Source: Octopus sinensis
Taxonomy: Eukaryota
Assembly (NCBI RefSeq): GCF_006345805.1
Contig: NC_042999.1
Coordinates: 41,044,001 to 41,108,000 of the forward strand
Length of the DNA stretch: 64,000 bases
Direction: 5' to 3'
The notes beneath the pieces were generated by a model. The model was not told the DNA's origin. It did not search any database and saw only the letters and a program-made list of their open reading frames with translations. The stretch's first letter is position 1. The number at the start of each line of letters is the position of its first letter. The position numbers were made by a program, and so were the translations under genes. Shown here in pieces: positions 50,308-62,797 of this stretch.

Positions 50308-50801
50308 ACACATACATATATATATATATTACATATTACACTACATATATGTGTGTAATACATATAAATGCATGTTCAAAATATTCATATGCTTGTATGG
50401 TTTTATGGAAATTTGAGCAAATGCTAAAAATATTGGTCTTCCAATTGCGCCAATCAGAATTATACATGCATATTGATTATAGCCATAATCCTGGTCCCTA
50501 TGTGTTTTTATATGAGTGTTTGCCCTTATCTGAGCACCTGCTGCAGACATGAGTTATTAAGTTATTAAGTAAACAATCTTAAACTCTTAATCAAAAGTCC
50601 ATTTCTGTTGAATGAGAAGATGTCCAGAAGAAGTCATAGTATTAGTTAATACGAAGACAGTAGGCTTAATATAATGAAAGATAAATAAATCAAGGGTATT
50701 TTAGAACATATATGTTAGCTGAATTGACACCTGAGTTGCAGTTTTTTGTGTATGGTTGTGTAATCTGTCCGCCAGCGTACCTGCCTGTGTATGTGTATAT
50801 A

Positions 50802-51027
50802 CAGTGTTGACCAAAAGTCACCCGCCAGTAAATCAAAATTCCATAGATGCTATCTGTAATTCTGACTCAAATGGTAAAATGTGTCGTTCAAGAATGATAG
50901 CAGTTTGAACAACTATCATGCTGTTTCATATTTAGTTGCTTTTATTAAATCCATTCAGTTGTTAAACATAAATAAATCTTGGAATTAAATGGTTCTGCTT
51001 TACTGTCAGGTGTCTTTTGGACACCTG
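50802..51027. mobile_element. Possible Tc1-like MITE
   Basis: TA|cagtgttgaccaaaagtcacc versus right-end reverse complement TA|caggtgtccaaaagacacc. Confidence 0.4.
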
Positions 51028-51083
<56 letters not shown>

Positions 51084-51088
51084 TAAAT

Positions 51089-51119
<31 letters not shown>

Positions 51120-51149
51120 ATATATATAAATAATATATATATATATATA

Positions 51150-51187
<38 letters not shown>

Positions 51188-51188
<1 letters not shown>

Positions 51189-52197
51189 AGGCGCAATGGC
51201 CTAGTGGTTAGGGTAGCGGACTCGTGGTCGTAGGATCGCGGTTTCGATTATTGAGCAAAAACACCTAAAATCTCCACGAGGCTCCGGCAGGGGGTGGTGG
51301 CGATCCCTGCTGTACTCTTTCGCCACAACTTCCCTCACTCTTCCTTCTGTTCGCGTTGCCAGCGGGGTGGCGTCATTTGAAGGCTAAAACAATGGGAAAA
51401 GCATTGTGACCAGCGATGTGTAACAACATCTGATAGCCTGGTCGGTCACGGTGATATATATATATATATATATCTTAAGATTCAGGTGAATAAGGCTCTT
51501 AAATGGTAAGGCACCGGCTCGGGTCGAAATTAAAAGGCTTATACACCAACTAAAGACGAATACAAACATTGGTACCAAACACACCAACATCGGTCGTCAA
51601 GTGATGGTGGGGTGACAAACGCAGACGCACACACACACATACATACACACATAAGTGCATATATATATATATATGTGTGGTGTGTGTGTGTGGAGGCGCA
51701 ATGGCCTAGTGGTTAGGGTAGCGGACTCGTGGTCGTAGGATCGCGGTTTCGATTATTGAGCAAAAACACCTAAAATCTCCACGAGGCTCCGGCAGGGGGT
51801 GGTGGCGATCCCTGCTGTACTCTTTCGCCACAACTTCCCTCACTCTTCCTTCTGTTCGCTTTGCCAGCGGGGTGGCGTCATTTGAAGGCTAAAACAATGG
51901 GAAAAGCATTGTGACCAGCGATGTGTAACAACATCTGATAGCCTGGTCGGTCACGGTGATATATATATATATATATATATATATCTTAAGATTCAGGTGA
52001 ATAAGGCTCTTAAATGGTAAGGCACCGGCTCGGGTCGAAATTAAAAGGCTTATACACCAACTAAAGACGAATACAAACATTGGTACCAAACACACCAACA
52101 TCGGTCGTCAAGTGATGGTGGGGTGACAAACGCAGACGCACACACACACATACATACACACATAAGTGCATATATATATATATGTTGTGTGTGTGTG
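51188..52197 (+). repeat. Near-identical 505-bp tandem duplication; each unit has SINE C + tail T3, (TA)n, about 100 bp unassigned, and part of a SINE A tail
   Basis: gaggcgcaatgg at 51188 and 51693. By eye the units differ by one substitution (cgcgttg/cgctttg) and microsatellite length. Confidence 0.97.
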
Positions 52198-52785
52198 TGT
52201 TTGAGTATACGACGTGCATCTTTCAGTTTCTGTTTACCAAATCCACTCAGAAAAATTTGGTTGACCCGTGGCTATAGTAGAAGACACTTGCCCAAATGGC
52301 TACGCAGTGGGACTGAACCCGGAACCATGTAGCTGGGAAGCACACTTCTTATTTCTTTATTGCCCACTAGGGGCTAAACATAGAGAGGACGAACAAGGAC
52401 AGACAAACGGATTAAGTCGATTACATCGACCCCAGTGCGTAACTGGTACTTAATTTATCGACCCCGAAAGAATGAAAGGCAAAGTCTATTTCGGCGGAAT
52501 TTAAACTCAGAAGGTAGCGGCAGACGAAATACCTATTTATTTATTACCCACAAGGGGCTAAACACAGAGGGAACAAACAAGGACAGACATAGGTATTAAG
52601 TCGATTACATCGACCCCAGTGCGTAACTGGTACTTTATTTATCGACCCCGAAAGGATGAAAGGCAAAGTCCACCTCGGCGGAATTTGAACTCACAACGTA
52701 ACGCAGACGAAATACCGCTAAGCATTTCGCCCGGCGTGCTAACGTTTCTGCCAGCTCGCCGCCTTACCACACAACCATACCCGTG
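52085..52785 (-). mobile_element. SINE A interrupted in its head by a SINE B2 dimer (52350-52533, 52534-52762)
   Basis: The A head reads ggaagcacacttctta|B2-B2|cttaccacacaacc. The dimer junction gaaatacc|tattt is the reverse complement of the junction in the 22668 array. Confidence 0.92.
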
Positions 52786-53676
52786 TGTGCGTACATCCAT
52801 ATTGTATATCATTATAAATTGCTGCTGGTGTATCTTCGTCTTCCAATTTCCCTATCTAGACACTTTGCTTGTCAGACACCCCATGCACTATACACATTTC
52901 AAGGTAAACATAAAACTTGCAAATTTCATGATATACAATCTGATATGAGGCAAAAAATTGGACACTTACTCTTCGGCTGAATATGCATTTATGACTAGGA
53001 GATATCATAACAAATATATATAACTGTGCACGAAATACAATTTAACAGAAAATTTGAGTTGACAGCAAAGCAGCTTAATACTGAATTCTTACAAGAAAAA
53101 AAATGGAAATTTATTGGACGTTTTACTAATGCGAATGTACAACCAAAGATCATAAGATGGTTATTTAGTATGTTTTAAGTGACAAACGAGTTGCTTTTAT
53201 ATATCAATATATATGTAAATGCGTATATGTATGTATATATATACACAGATTAGTATGAGAAAAAATTCTTTGCATGAGGTGCTGTGTATTAAGAAGTTTG
53301 CTTCCCAACCACGTTTCCGGGTTTATATATATATATATATATGCACACACACACACACACGAGTGTGTGTGCGCGCGTGTTTATCTCTTGTTATTTATTA
53401 TTATGCTTTCTAGGAGGAGGCTTGTCTGTAACAAAGACTTAAAGTCATGACCATTGGGTTTTGGATGAAAACAACGATAATCCGTCTGGTTATTCAGAAA
53501 GTCTTGCATATTTTTACTGTTCCACATACAGATTGTGTCTGTAAAGTTCGCGTTATACGGATCCTTCATGGCTTGAAAATTCTAGCATCTCTAGACTATA
53601 GTTGAGATATTTACTCTCAAAACCATGACTCTCAATAGAAGACATACACACATAAATATATGTATACACACACATA

Positions 53677-53727
<51 letters not shown>

Positions 53728-53730
53728 GTG

Positions 53731-54070
53731 AAGGCGCGTGGCTCTGTGGTTAGAGCGTCGAGCTTACGATCGTGAGGTTGTGAGCTCGAATCCCGGACCG
53801 GGCTGCGTGTTGTGTTCTTGAGCAAGACACTTTATTTCACGTTGCTTCAGTTCACTCAGCTGTAGAAGTGAGTTGCGACGTCACAGGTACCAAGCTGTAT
53901 CGGCCCTTGCCTTTCCCTTGGACAACACTGGTGGCGTGGAGGGGGGAGGCCGATGTGCATGGGCGACTGCTGGTCTTCCATAAAAAAAAAAACAACCTTG
54001 CCCAGACTTGTGCCTCAGAGGGTGACTCACTAGGTGCAAACCCATGGTCAGTGTCTGACCGAAGGGGGTC
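53731..54070 (+). mobile_element. tRNA-headed SINE, body D + tail T4
   Basis: aaggcgcgtggctctgtggttagagcg...ctcgaatcccgg; D body gttgtgttcttgagcaagacactttatttcacgttgc; tail ending gtgtctgaccgaagggggtc. Confidence 0.88.
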
Positions 54071-54084
54071 ACCAGAGATATATA

Positions 54085-54205
54085 TGACAGGGCTCTTTCA
54101 GCTCCCGTCTACCAAATCAATTCACAAGGCTTTGGTGCCGCGTGCTAGGACTGAACCCGGAAACGTGGTTGGGAAGCGAACTTCTTAACACACAGCACCT
54201 CATGC
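54085..54205 (-). mobile_element. SINE A head with internal deletion
   Basis: gacagggctctttcagctcccgtctaccaaatc...ggactgaacccggaaac...aacacacagcacctc. Confidence 0.8.
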
Positions 54206-55153
54206 AAAGAATTTTTTCTCATACTAATCTGTGTTATATAGTTATACAGGTGGAGAGACCCCCATCATTGTCCATGTCTATTTTCAATAAATCGCAAATG
54301 TTCCACTATGAGTTTTGTATTTGCTGAATCTTTGAAATATGAGGTGAATACATGTTTGAACTTATTTCGCTAAACTATGTTTGTGTACCCAAATCAACCC
54401 CATGTTCTTTGTGAAAACAAATATATACACATCATGCATACGTACATAAATACATACAGCACATAAATATATACTCATACATACAAGCACATATACATAT
54501 ATACATTACATTACAGTACAGAACGTACATGCTTACGTAGTTATATAAAGACACAAATATATTTATTTATATTCATATGACCGGAGAAAATTGTATGTAT
54601 GTATGTGTGTGTCAACACCTATATATACATGTATACATAGAGTTTGTGACCTGTTAATACTCTGTGCTTTCTGCTTTAATGAAGTGAACACACGGCTCTC
54701 GTGAAGGATATTGTCCATATATATTTTTTAATGTATTGTTGGTATTGATGTAGTATATATGTTCAATTAGAATTTATTATCATAAAGTAGAATGTACAGC
54801 GACAGAGGATTAAAAAATAAAAATAAAAGTTTGCAGCGAGTGATTTATAAAGGTTATTGATACTAGGAAACCAGAGATATTGAATCTGCATATATGGAGA
54901 TATAGCAATAAGCTGGAATAAACAAACATATATATTGAAATATTTCGAACAGGGAATAAGAGACCACATAAGCAATGGAGAATAGATAATGAATGAGTAA
55001 TGTATATAAAGGACATGAGCAGAGGGGAAAAGCAAGAAAAACATGTCATTCAGATGAGGAAAGAAGATGGCAAGAGACGGGTTGAAATTTAAAAAAAAAA
55101 GCAGAGCAACAAAGAAGAATGAGAAAGTTCTCACTCTCATGAATGTGTACATG

Positions 55154-55184
<31 letters not shown>

Positions 55185-56092
55185 CTATGAGTGCGTTTGT
55201 TGGGAGAGAGAGCAATGTGTACGATACACTTGTGTGGTCAAAGTAGGGACATATCGAGATTGATGCACGATGATAATGAATGATAGATGGTGGAGATATG
55301 TAAAAACGGATGATAAATACATGCACACACACACACACACACACACACACCACACACACACACACACACCACGCAAGCAAGCAAGCACACACTAATATTA
55401 AAATGAAGTAAAAGCGTAGAATTAAAAAAAAAGAGAAGAATAAGTGCTAGAGCATGGATACTAGTAAAAGATAAAAAGAACTGTTTCAGAAGTGAGGGAA
55501 TAATGATGATAATAATAATAATTATTATTATCATAATGATAATAATAATAATAACAAAACATAGGCAGGAGAATCACAAAGACCGAAAAGAAAAGTAATG
55601 TGTAGGGAAGGCCTTATTTATGTATGTGGAGATTAATAAGTTTAATAATCATTAACAAACTCCTTTTTCAAAATGATACAAATTACACTAATGATTGATG
55701 CATTGCCAAAGTCACTATCATGGACAACAAATATTTCCTTCTTAATGATTCTTTCTAAATAGTTCGGCTTTTGATATTGTTTGTTATCTGCAGTTCCTCT
55801 GCTTCTTTCTCGCGTTTTATTCTTATCTACAGTCTCTCTCTCCTCCTTACCTTCTTACAATCTCAATTATTTTTTTAGAAATTGAGTATTTTTCCTCTTT
55901 TCTTTTCTTTTTTTTTTTTTTGCTTGTTTATTCCCTGTCCAGCATTTCTTACCTTTAGTTTGAATATTCGTATATTCCATTAGAAATTGGTTTCGTTCCT
56001 TTCTTCTACTACTCATTTTTCTAGCGTCTGCATATATGTGCTACTCCAATTATGAGATGAGAGTCTACAATACGAGCTTCCAGAATAATCTC

Positions 56093-56137
<45 letters not shown>

Positions 56138-56196
56138 CTGCCTGTGTACGTGTGTGTTTATATATGTATACATATGCATCTATATATGTATATGTA

Positions 56197-56237
<41 letters not shown>

Positions 56238-56332
56238 ATTTCAAGTATACCTGAAAAAACACCACTTGATCCATTTTCTTTATGTGCACACACAAGCATA
56301 CACATACACGCACACACACACACACACACACA

Positions 56333-56375
<43 letters not shown>

Positions 56376-56583
56376 ATACATAGCTGAGGCTTCAAATATT
56401 TAATTTAATAACCATATGCATCGAGGACATCTGTCTTCACTGACTCCGTATCAGCGCGCTTCAGGTAGCATAAAGCTAATTGCTGTTCGGTAAAAATATT
56501 CAAGTAGCGCCATTTCGCTGTTCACTTAATCATCAATAAAACAGAGGACATCTCTTATTGGGTGCTCGATTGCAAAATTAAAG

Positions 56584-56584
<1 letters not shown>

Positions 56585-56620
<36 letters not shown>

Positions 56621-56965
56621 ATTGTAGACGCTGCTGCTTCTGTTGAACGTAGCTGTGCGAGATATATTCTCTCATGCAACAGTATCTACGCCATTAACGT
56701 TTCAGTTTCTCCGACGCCATCGCTGATACAACGCTGTAATTTTGATCATTGACATGATAATGATGGTGTTCATAATGGTAACTCTCGTCATCCTTTTCCT
56801 CCTCTTCCTCCTCGTCATCCTTTTCCTCTTCCTCCTCATCCTCTTCTTTCTCCTGGTCCTCGTCCTCCTCCTTCTACCCCTCCTCCTTCTACCCCTCCCC
56901 TTCCTCCCCCTTCTTACATCCTCCTCATCATCACCATAATCATCGCGGCCGTCATCATCATCATT
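56585..56965. repeat. (CTG)n and pyrimidine-rich (CTC/CTT/CAT) low-complexity tract
   Basis: Visible directly; explains the R/D-rich and L-rich ORFs. Confidence 0.9.
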
Positions 56966-56968
56966 ATC

Positions 56969-57203
56969 TGTTTCTTTATTACCCACAAGGGGCTAAACAT
57001 AGAGGGGACAGACAAACAAGGACAGACAAACGGATTAAGTCGATTACATCGGCCCCCAGTGCGTGACTGGTACTTAATTTATCGACCCCCCAAAGGATGA
57101 AAGGCAAAGTCGACCTCGGCGGAATTTGAACTCAGAACGTAGCGGCAGACGACATACCGCAGAGCATTTCGCCCGGCGTGCTAACGTTTCTGCCAGCTCG
57201 CCG
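56969..57203 (-). mobile_element. SINE B2 with 14-bp TSD
   Basis: tcatcatcattatc at 56955-56968 and 57204-57217. Confidence 0.94.
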
Positions 57204-57244
57204 TCATCATCATTATCGTCAGCCTCATCACAATGATAATGAAA

Positions 57245-57565
57245 GTGCGTGGCTTACTGGTTAGTTAGTCGGCTCACGATCGTAAGATTGTGAGTTCGAT
57301 TCCTGGCAACACATTGTGTCCTTGAGCATGAAACTTCATTTCACGTTGCGTCAGTCTACTCAGCTGGCAAGCATTAACTGAAATTGTCGTTTAAAGAGCG
57401 AGCATTGTCACATTTTCTGTTATGCTGAATCTCCCTGAGAACTACATTAAGGGTACGCAAGGCTGTGGCGTGCTTAGTAATCTTGCACGCTAATTTCACA
57501 AGGTGACCTTTCCGTTGATCGGATCGACTGGGACCACTCGTCGTCCAAACCGACAGAGTCCCAGT
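57245..57565 (+). mobile_element. tRNA-headed SINE, body D + tail T2
   Basis: D body cattgtgtccttgagcatgaaacttcatttcacgttgc; tail gctgaatctccctgagaactacattaagggtac...ccgttgatcggatcgactggg shared with 5100-5487. Confidence 0.85.
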
Positions 57566-57972
57566 TTTAATCTCGATGAAGATGATGAAAGACATAAACA
57601 TTTTCACCTCCTACCCCCTCCTATCATCGTTATCTCTCCCCCCCCCGTATTGTTTTTTTCTCATTTACTTACACTTTATATATATTTTCATATTGTCATC
57701 TATCAGAGATATTTAATTGCTTCGTATATTCATGTTCATATAATTAAAGATCAATTACCTTCTACCTTCGATGATTTTCAGACAACTTGCATTTTTTTCT
57801 TTTTATTGCATGTTACACACCAGAATTAAATCAAGCGCGTGTTCTCGATGGTGATTTTGAAAATGTTAACATGTCCATTTGACAGGATCAAAATAACTAT
57901 TCTCCTTTCGTATACTTCGCTAGATATTATTAGAGAATAGCAAAAGACTTCGAGGAAAGAACTGCTGGTTTT

Positions 57973-58351
57973 ATTCTTTTACTAGTTTCAGTCCTATGAG
58001 TGCGGCCATACTGCAACGCTACCCTTTAGTTAAACAAATCGGCGCCAGGACTTCATTTTCAAGCCTGGTACTTATTCTATCGGTCTTTCTACCTGAACCG
58101 CTAAGTTATTGGGACGTAAATACACCAACACCGTTTCTAGTGGTGATGAAGAGGACAAACTTAGACACAAACACACACACACACACACACACACACCACA
58201 CACACACACACACACACATATATACAACGGGTTTCTTTCAGTTTGGTCGGTCCGAGGCTATAGTAGAAGATACCCAAGGTGCTACGCAGTGAGATTGAAC
58301 GAAGAACCATATGATTGGGTAGCAAGCTTCTTACCACACATCCACACCTGT
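57973..58351 (-). mobile_element. SINE A, full length with small deletions
   Basis: Reverse complement of the A consensus with internal (CA)n. Confidence 0.88.
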
Positions 58352-59140
58352 AAATAACATTTTAACAATAAAATTTTGTATGGACCCCCAACGTCCTTAT
58401 GAACCCCAATTGAGAAAGCTTGGTTTAAATGAATATTTTCCTTCAACTCCTTCGCTCTTTCTTAAAATAGTGACCTCTACTTTACCTCTAGCTGTCCACG
58501 CACTTTAACTTTCGCTCCATGTCACCGTAACCTAGCATCTCTTCCTGTTTTTGTCTCTTTTCGCTTCAATCTGTCATTAAGTTTCTCTCTCCTAATAGTG
58601 TATGTCTACATATACAGCCATACTTTTACTGTACGTGCTGTAACTGTTGCTACGAATCGCTCTTATATAGAATACAGAAAAGGATATAGAATTCTCCTGT
58701 TTTTCCACTTCCCCCGTCATCTCGAATCTGAATAAGGATTCACCTCCAAAAAGTCGAAAAATTTAGTCTACACAAGAATATTTCTTCCTCGAGTTACGTT
58801 CTCTTGCAAAATGTAATTATTGCTGGCGGTGACTATTAACAGTTACATCGGATTTTATTTTATATTCTATGTCTTTATCTCTTACCTCTCTTCCCCCCTC
58901 TCTCTCTATTCCTTTCTCGCTATATGTCTATCTGTCTTTGTTAATGATGTCGCATATATATATATGTGTTAGTGTCTGTGTGCCCGTGTACGTGTGTGTG
59001 TGTGTAACTATGTATGTGCGTGTGTGCGGATGTATAGGCATGTTCGTATACGTATATACAGATGTACATATACTCGTACACATACACATACTGTTGTTCA
59101 CATACAAGAAAACTTGTAGGCATGCATTCACACATACACA

Positions 59141-59213
<73 letters not shown>

Positions 59214-60349
59214 ATATGTGTATGTATGTATGTATGCATGCACATACGCACATGAAAATACACACGCGTGCGCACTCACAAACAGACGCATATATATATA
59301 TATATATAAAACCAGAATTATCTGTTTTGAGATGTCGAGTATGGTGCGAGATACTGGAGGCTAGGGTTTATATGTAAATCCGATGTTAGAAGCAGGTGGC
59401 TATGTAAGTTAGGGAAAGGAAGTGCATATCCGTCAGAATACAAGAATGAATAGTGACGAAAAAATATTAAAAATAAAATAAGTATTTGAAGAATGAAAGT
59501 AAGAAAGAAAGAAATACAAAGGAAGATTGATTTTCCTGTTGACAGATGAATACCTAAATGCTTGAACTTATGGTGACGCTAATGAGTTGATTTAAAGATG
59601 TATATAAATATAAAAAAATGAAAATGAAAAAAAATGTCTGAAAAGTTAAGGACAGTAATAGGAATCAGAATAGGAAAACAATATAAATGGAAGTATGATA
59701 TAAAGTAGATTGCAAGGAATAGGACACACATCATAACGAAGGAATGTTGAAGGAGAAATCTGAAGGGTTTTTGAAATCGAAAGTGTTGACAAGAGAGAAA
59801 AAAAATATGGGATTGTGAAAGAGGAAGAAAAAAAATTCTGATGTGCAGTGTTAAGAGTTTGTGCAATGTTAAGCATGAAGGCAACTCAGACCCTTTCTGA
59901 GGAAATATGTGTTTCACTTATTTTTTTTTATTTTATCGCTTTTCATATTTTTTGCTAGCTGCTAGCTAAACTTTCATTCCAAACAATAGCGTTAAAGGAG
60001 CCAGACAAATATAGAAACATGACAATGTCGTTGAGAGATCGCGGGAGACGTGGCGCTGAATTAGAGTTTGAATTGATGTTAGGGAAGATAAAAGTCATAT
60101 ACTTTCATGACACTATTGTATCATGATTTATAAGCACTGTCGGCGTAATATTTACATATGCAGTGTCCTATCACTTCTAGGTTTTTAATTAGAAACTGGC
60201 CAGAAATATGCAAGCGGCGTTGAAAGCACTTTTGTGACAGAAGTCTTGAAGGGGGACATATTATGGTTGCTACTTGCTGAATAAATAAAATTACATCAGA
60301 ACGTACATTTGGTTGTTTATCCGTCTTTCTTTTGCCTTTATTTCCATTT

Positions 60350-60507
60350 CTGTGTGTGACTGTGTGATAAGAACTTTAGGTCTCAACTACATTATTGCAG
60401 GTTCAGTCCTACTGCGTGGCATCTTACACAAGAGTCTTCCGCTACAGCATTAGGTCATCTAAAGCATTGTGAGCGGATTTGTAGACGGAAACGGGAAGAA
60501 GCCCGTC

Positions 60508-60545
<38 letters not shown>

Positions 60546-60958
60546 ACGATAATAATAATAATAATAATCCATAGATGGAATTTAAAAATTCAATCCATGG
60601 ATTATTATTATTGTTAAGGCGGTAAGCTGGTCAAAATGCTTAGCGGTATTTCGCCCGATGCTATGTTCTGAGTTCAAATTCCGACGAGGTTGGCTTAGAC
60701 TTTCATCCTTTCGGGGTCGATAGATTAAGTACCAGTGAAACATTGGGGACGATGTAATTCACGTCTCTGCTCCCATTAAAAAGGGCTGTCCTGGTGGCAA
60801 AATTGCAAACCATTTGTACAACCCCATCAAATTGCTATTGCCAGTTGATATCATTAGGCTGTAGTCTGCGTAATAAAATAGAAACTTTTATATGTATATT
60901 CAAAACGTTTCCGTGAGCGAACAGAAGCGATATATATATGTGTGTGAGAATGTATGTG

Positions 60959-60989
<31 letters not shown>

Positions 60990-61165
60990 GCTGTGATTGT
61001 CCCCCACCACCGCTTGAATGTCACTGTTGGTGTGTTAACGTCCCCGTAATTTAGTGATTCGGGAAAAGTGACAGATTGAACAAATTGTACTAGGTTGATT
61101 CATTCGTCTAAAATTCTGCTGCTCCAGCTTGGCCGAAGTCTAATGACTGAAGCTAGTAAAAGATA
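60350..61165 (+). mobile_element. SINE A split in its microsatellite by a palindrome and a SINE B1 (60616-60830)
   Basis: Head 60350-60510, (TA)n, insert, (TG)n, then tail 60990-61165 ending taatgactgaagctagtaaaaga. Confidence 0.75.
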
Positions 61166-61821
61166 TATGCGCTTACAGTAGTACGCATCAAAGACGGAGT
61201 TTGACTTGGCAATAAATTATCCAAATATAAAACTTACTATAAAAAAAAAGCTTGGGTGTGAAAGACAACATTCGAAAAGACCCATAAATCCAACCATTGC
61301 ATTAAAATGTTTTTAAAAATATTTTATTACTAAATTTAAGATTATTGAGATTCCTTTCCTGAAGAAATATGCGTTTTAATCTCTAACTCTGTGTATATTT
61401 CAGCTGCTAAGTAAACTTCCGTTGTAAGCAATAGTGTTAAAGGTGTAGAAACCTGACAATGTCGTTCAGAGTTCCTGGCAAACATGACTCTGCGTTAGGA
61501 CTGCAGATGATTTTAAGGGAGGACTATGATTTATAAGCAATATCGGTGTCACATTTACAAATGCAGCATTCTAAATTATTGCCGAGGTTTACAGCTGCTC
61601 TATACGCATTGCGATGGAAGTGCGTATGCATCTTGCTTCGACGACGCCATCTTTAGTTGCGTTTTCCGAATTGTACAATCGACTATAGTAGCCAATAGTG
61701 TTTGGAAGTAGAAAGCAATATGTTAGATTATGGCGTATAAGGGACTGGTCTGATATGGTCCAGAATTATGGTTACAGTTGCATTTAGGGAGTTTTACGTC
61801 AGTTTGCTATTTAATGTTATC

Positions 61822-62228
61822 ATAGGCGCAGGAGTGGCTGTGTGGTAAGTAGCTTGCTAAACAACCACATGGTTCCGGGTTTAGTCCCACTGCGTGGCAT
61901 CTTCGGCAAGTGTCTTCTGCTATAGCCCCGGCCGACCAAAGCCTTGTGAGTGGATTTGGTAGACGGAAACTGAAAGAAGCCTGTCGTATATATGTATATA
62001 TATGTATGTGTGTGTGTTTGTGTGTCTGTGTTTGTCCCCCTAGCATTGCTTGACAACCGATGCTGGTATGTTTACGTCCCAGTCACTTAGTGGTTCGGCA
62101 AAAGAGACTGATAGAATAAGTACTGGGCTTACAAAGAATAAGTCCCGGGGTCGATTTGCTCGACTAAAGGCGGTGCTCCAGCATGGCCGCAGTCAAATGA
62201 CTGAAACAAGTAAAAGAGTAAGAGAGTA
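61822..62228 (+). mobile_element. SINE A, young full length
   Basis: Near-identical to 13834-14240. Confidence 0.95.
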
Positions 62229-62541
62229 TAGGAGAATAGAATATATAAGTATTTTCATCAACATATTTGTGAATTTCGAACTCTAAATTCCAAAATTATC
62301 AACTATTGTCTGTATATATGTTTATGTGCATAGTTCTGCATGTACTTATGGTAGGATGGAGAGTCGACAAAAAAAAAACGAACGGATATATAAAGAAGCA
62401 AAACGGAAATCATGTTCCGGGTTAAATATTCCTGATTGATTCACATATTTGTGTGTACGTGTCTGTTTTTACATAAGTATGTATGCATGTATGTATGTAT
62501 TCATCTATGTGTGTTTATATGTATGAAGTAGTATATCAATA

Positions 62542-62797
62542 TCTATAAAGCTGAAATGCGAAAAAGTTGTTTGGTTTCTTGGTTATTTGTCTCATTTTGG
62601 GATGGGAACGGTTTAAGGGGCGGTAGATGGGGTCGGATTGGCACCAGAATTTACGCTGGGGGAGTGGGGGAATGGTGTGGGCAATGATGTGAGGAGGGTA
62701 AAATAGGGTGAGCAATGGTGTGAGGAGTCGCTCGGGGCTACCGTTTGGTTGCCATCACCACCAAAACCCGAGCGAAGCACAGGTCAAAATGGCTAAG
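62542..62797 (+). mobile_element. Probable degenerate Helitron with G-rich interior
   Basis: a|TCtataaagctgaa...aagttgt start and aaaacccgagcgaagcacaggtcaaaatggCTAAG end. aaacccgagc is shared with the hairpin of 11025-11422. Confidence 0.5.

Noticed and set aside
56702-56986. Arg/Asp-rich protamine-like ORF
   Set aside because: It is a low-complexity CTC/CTT/CAT tract running into a SINE B2 end.
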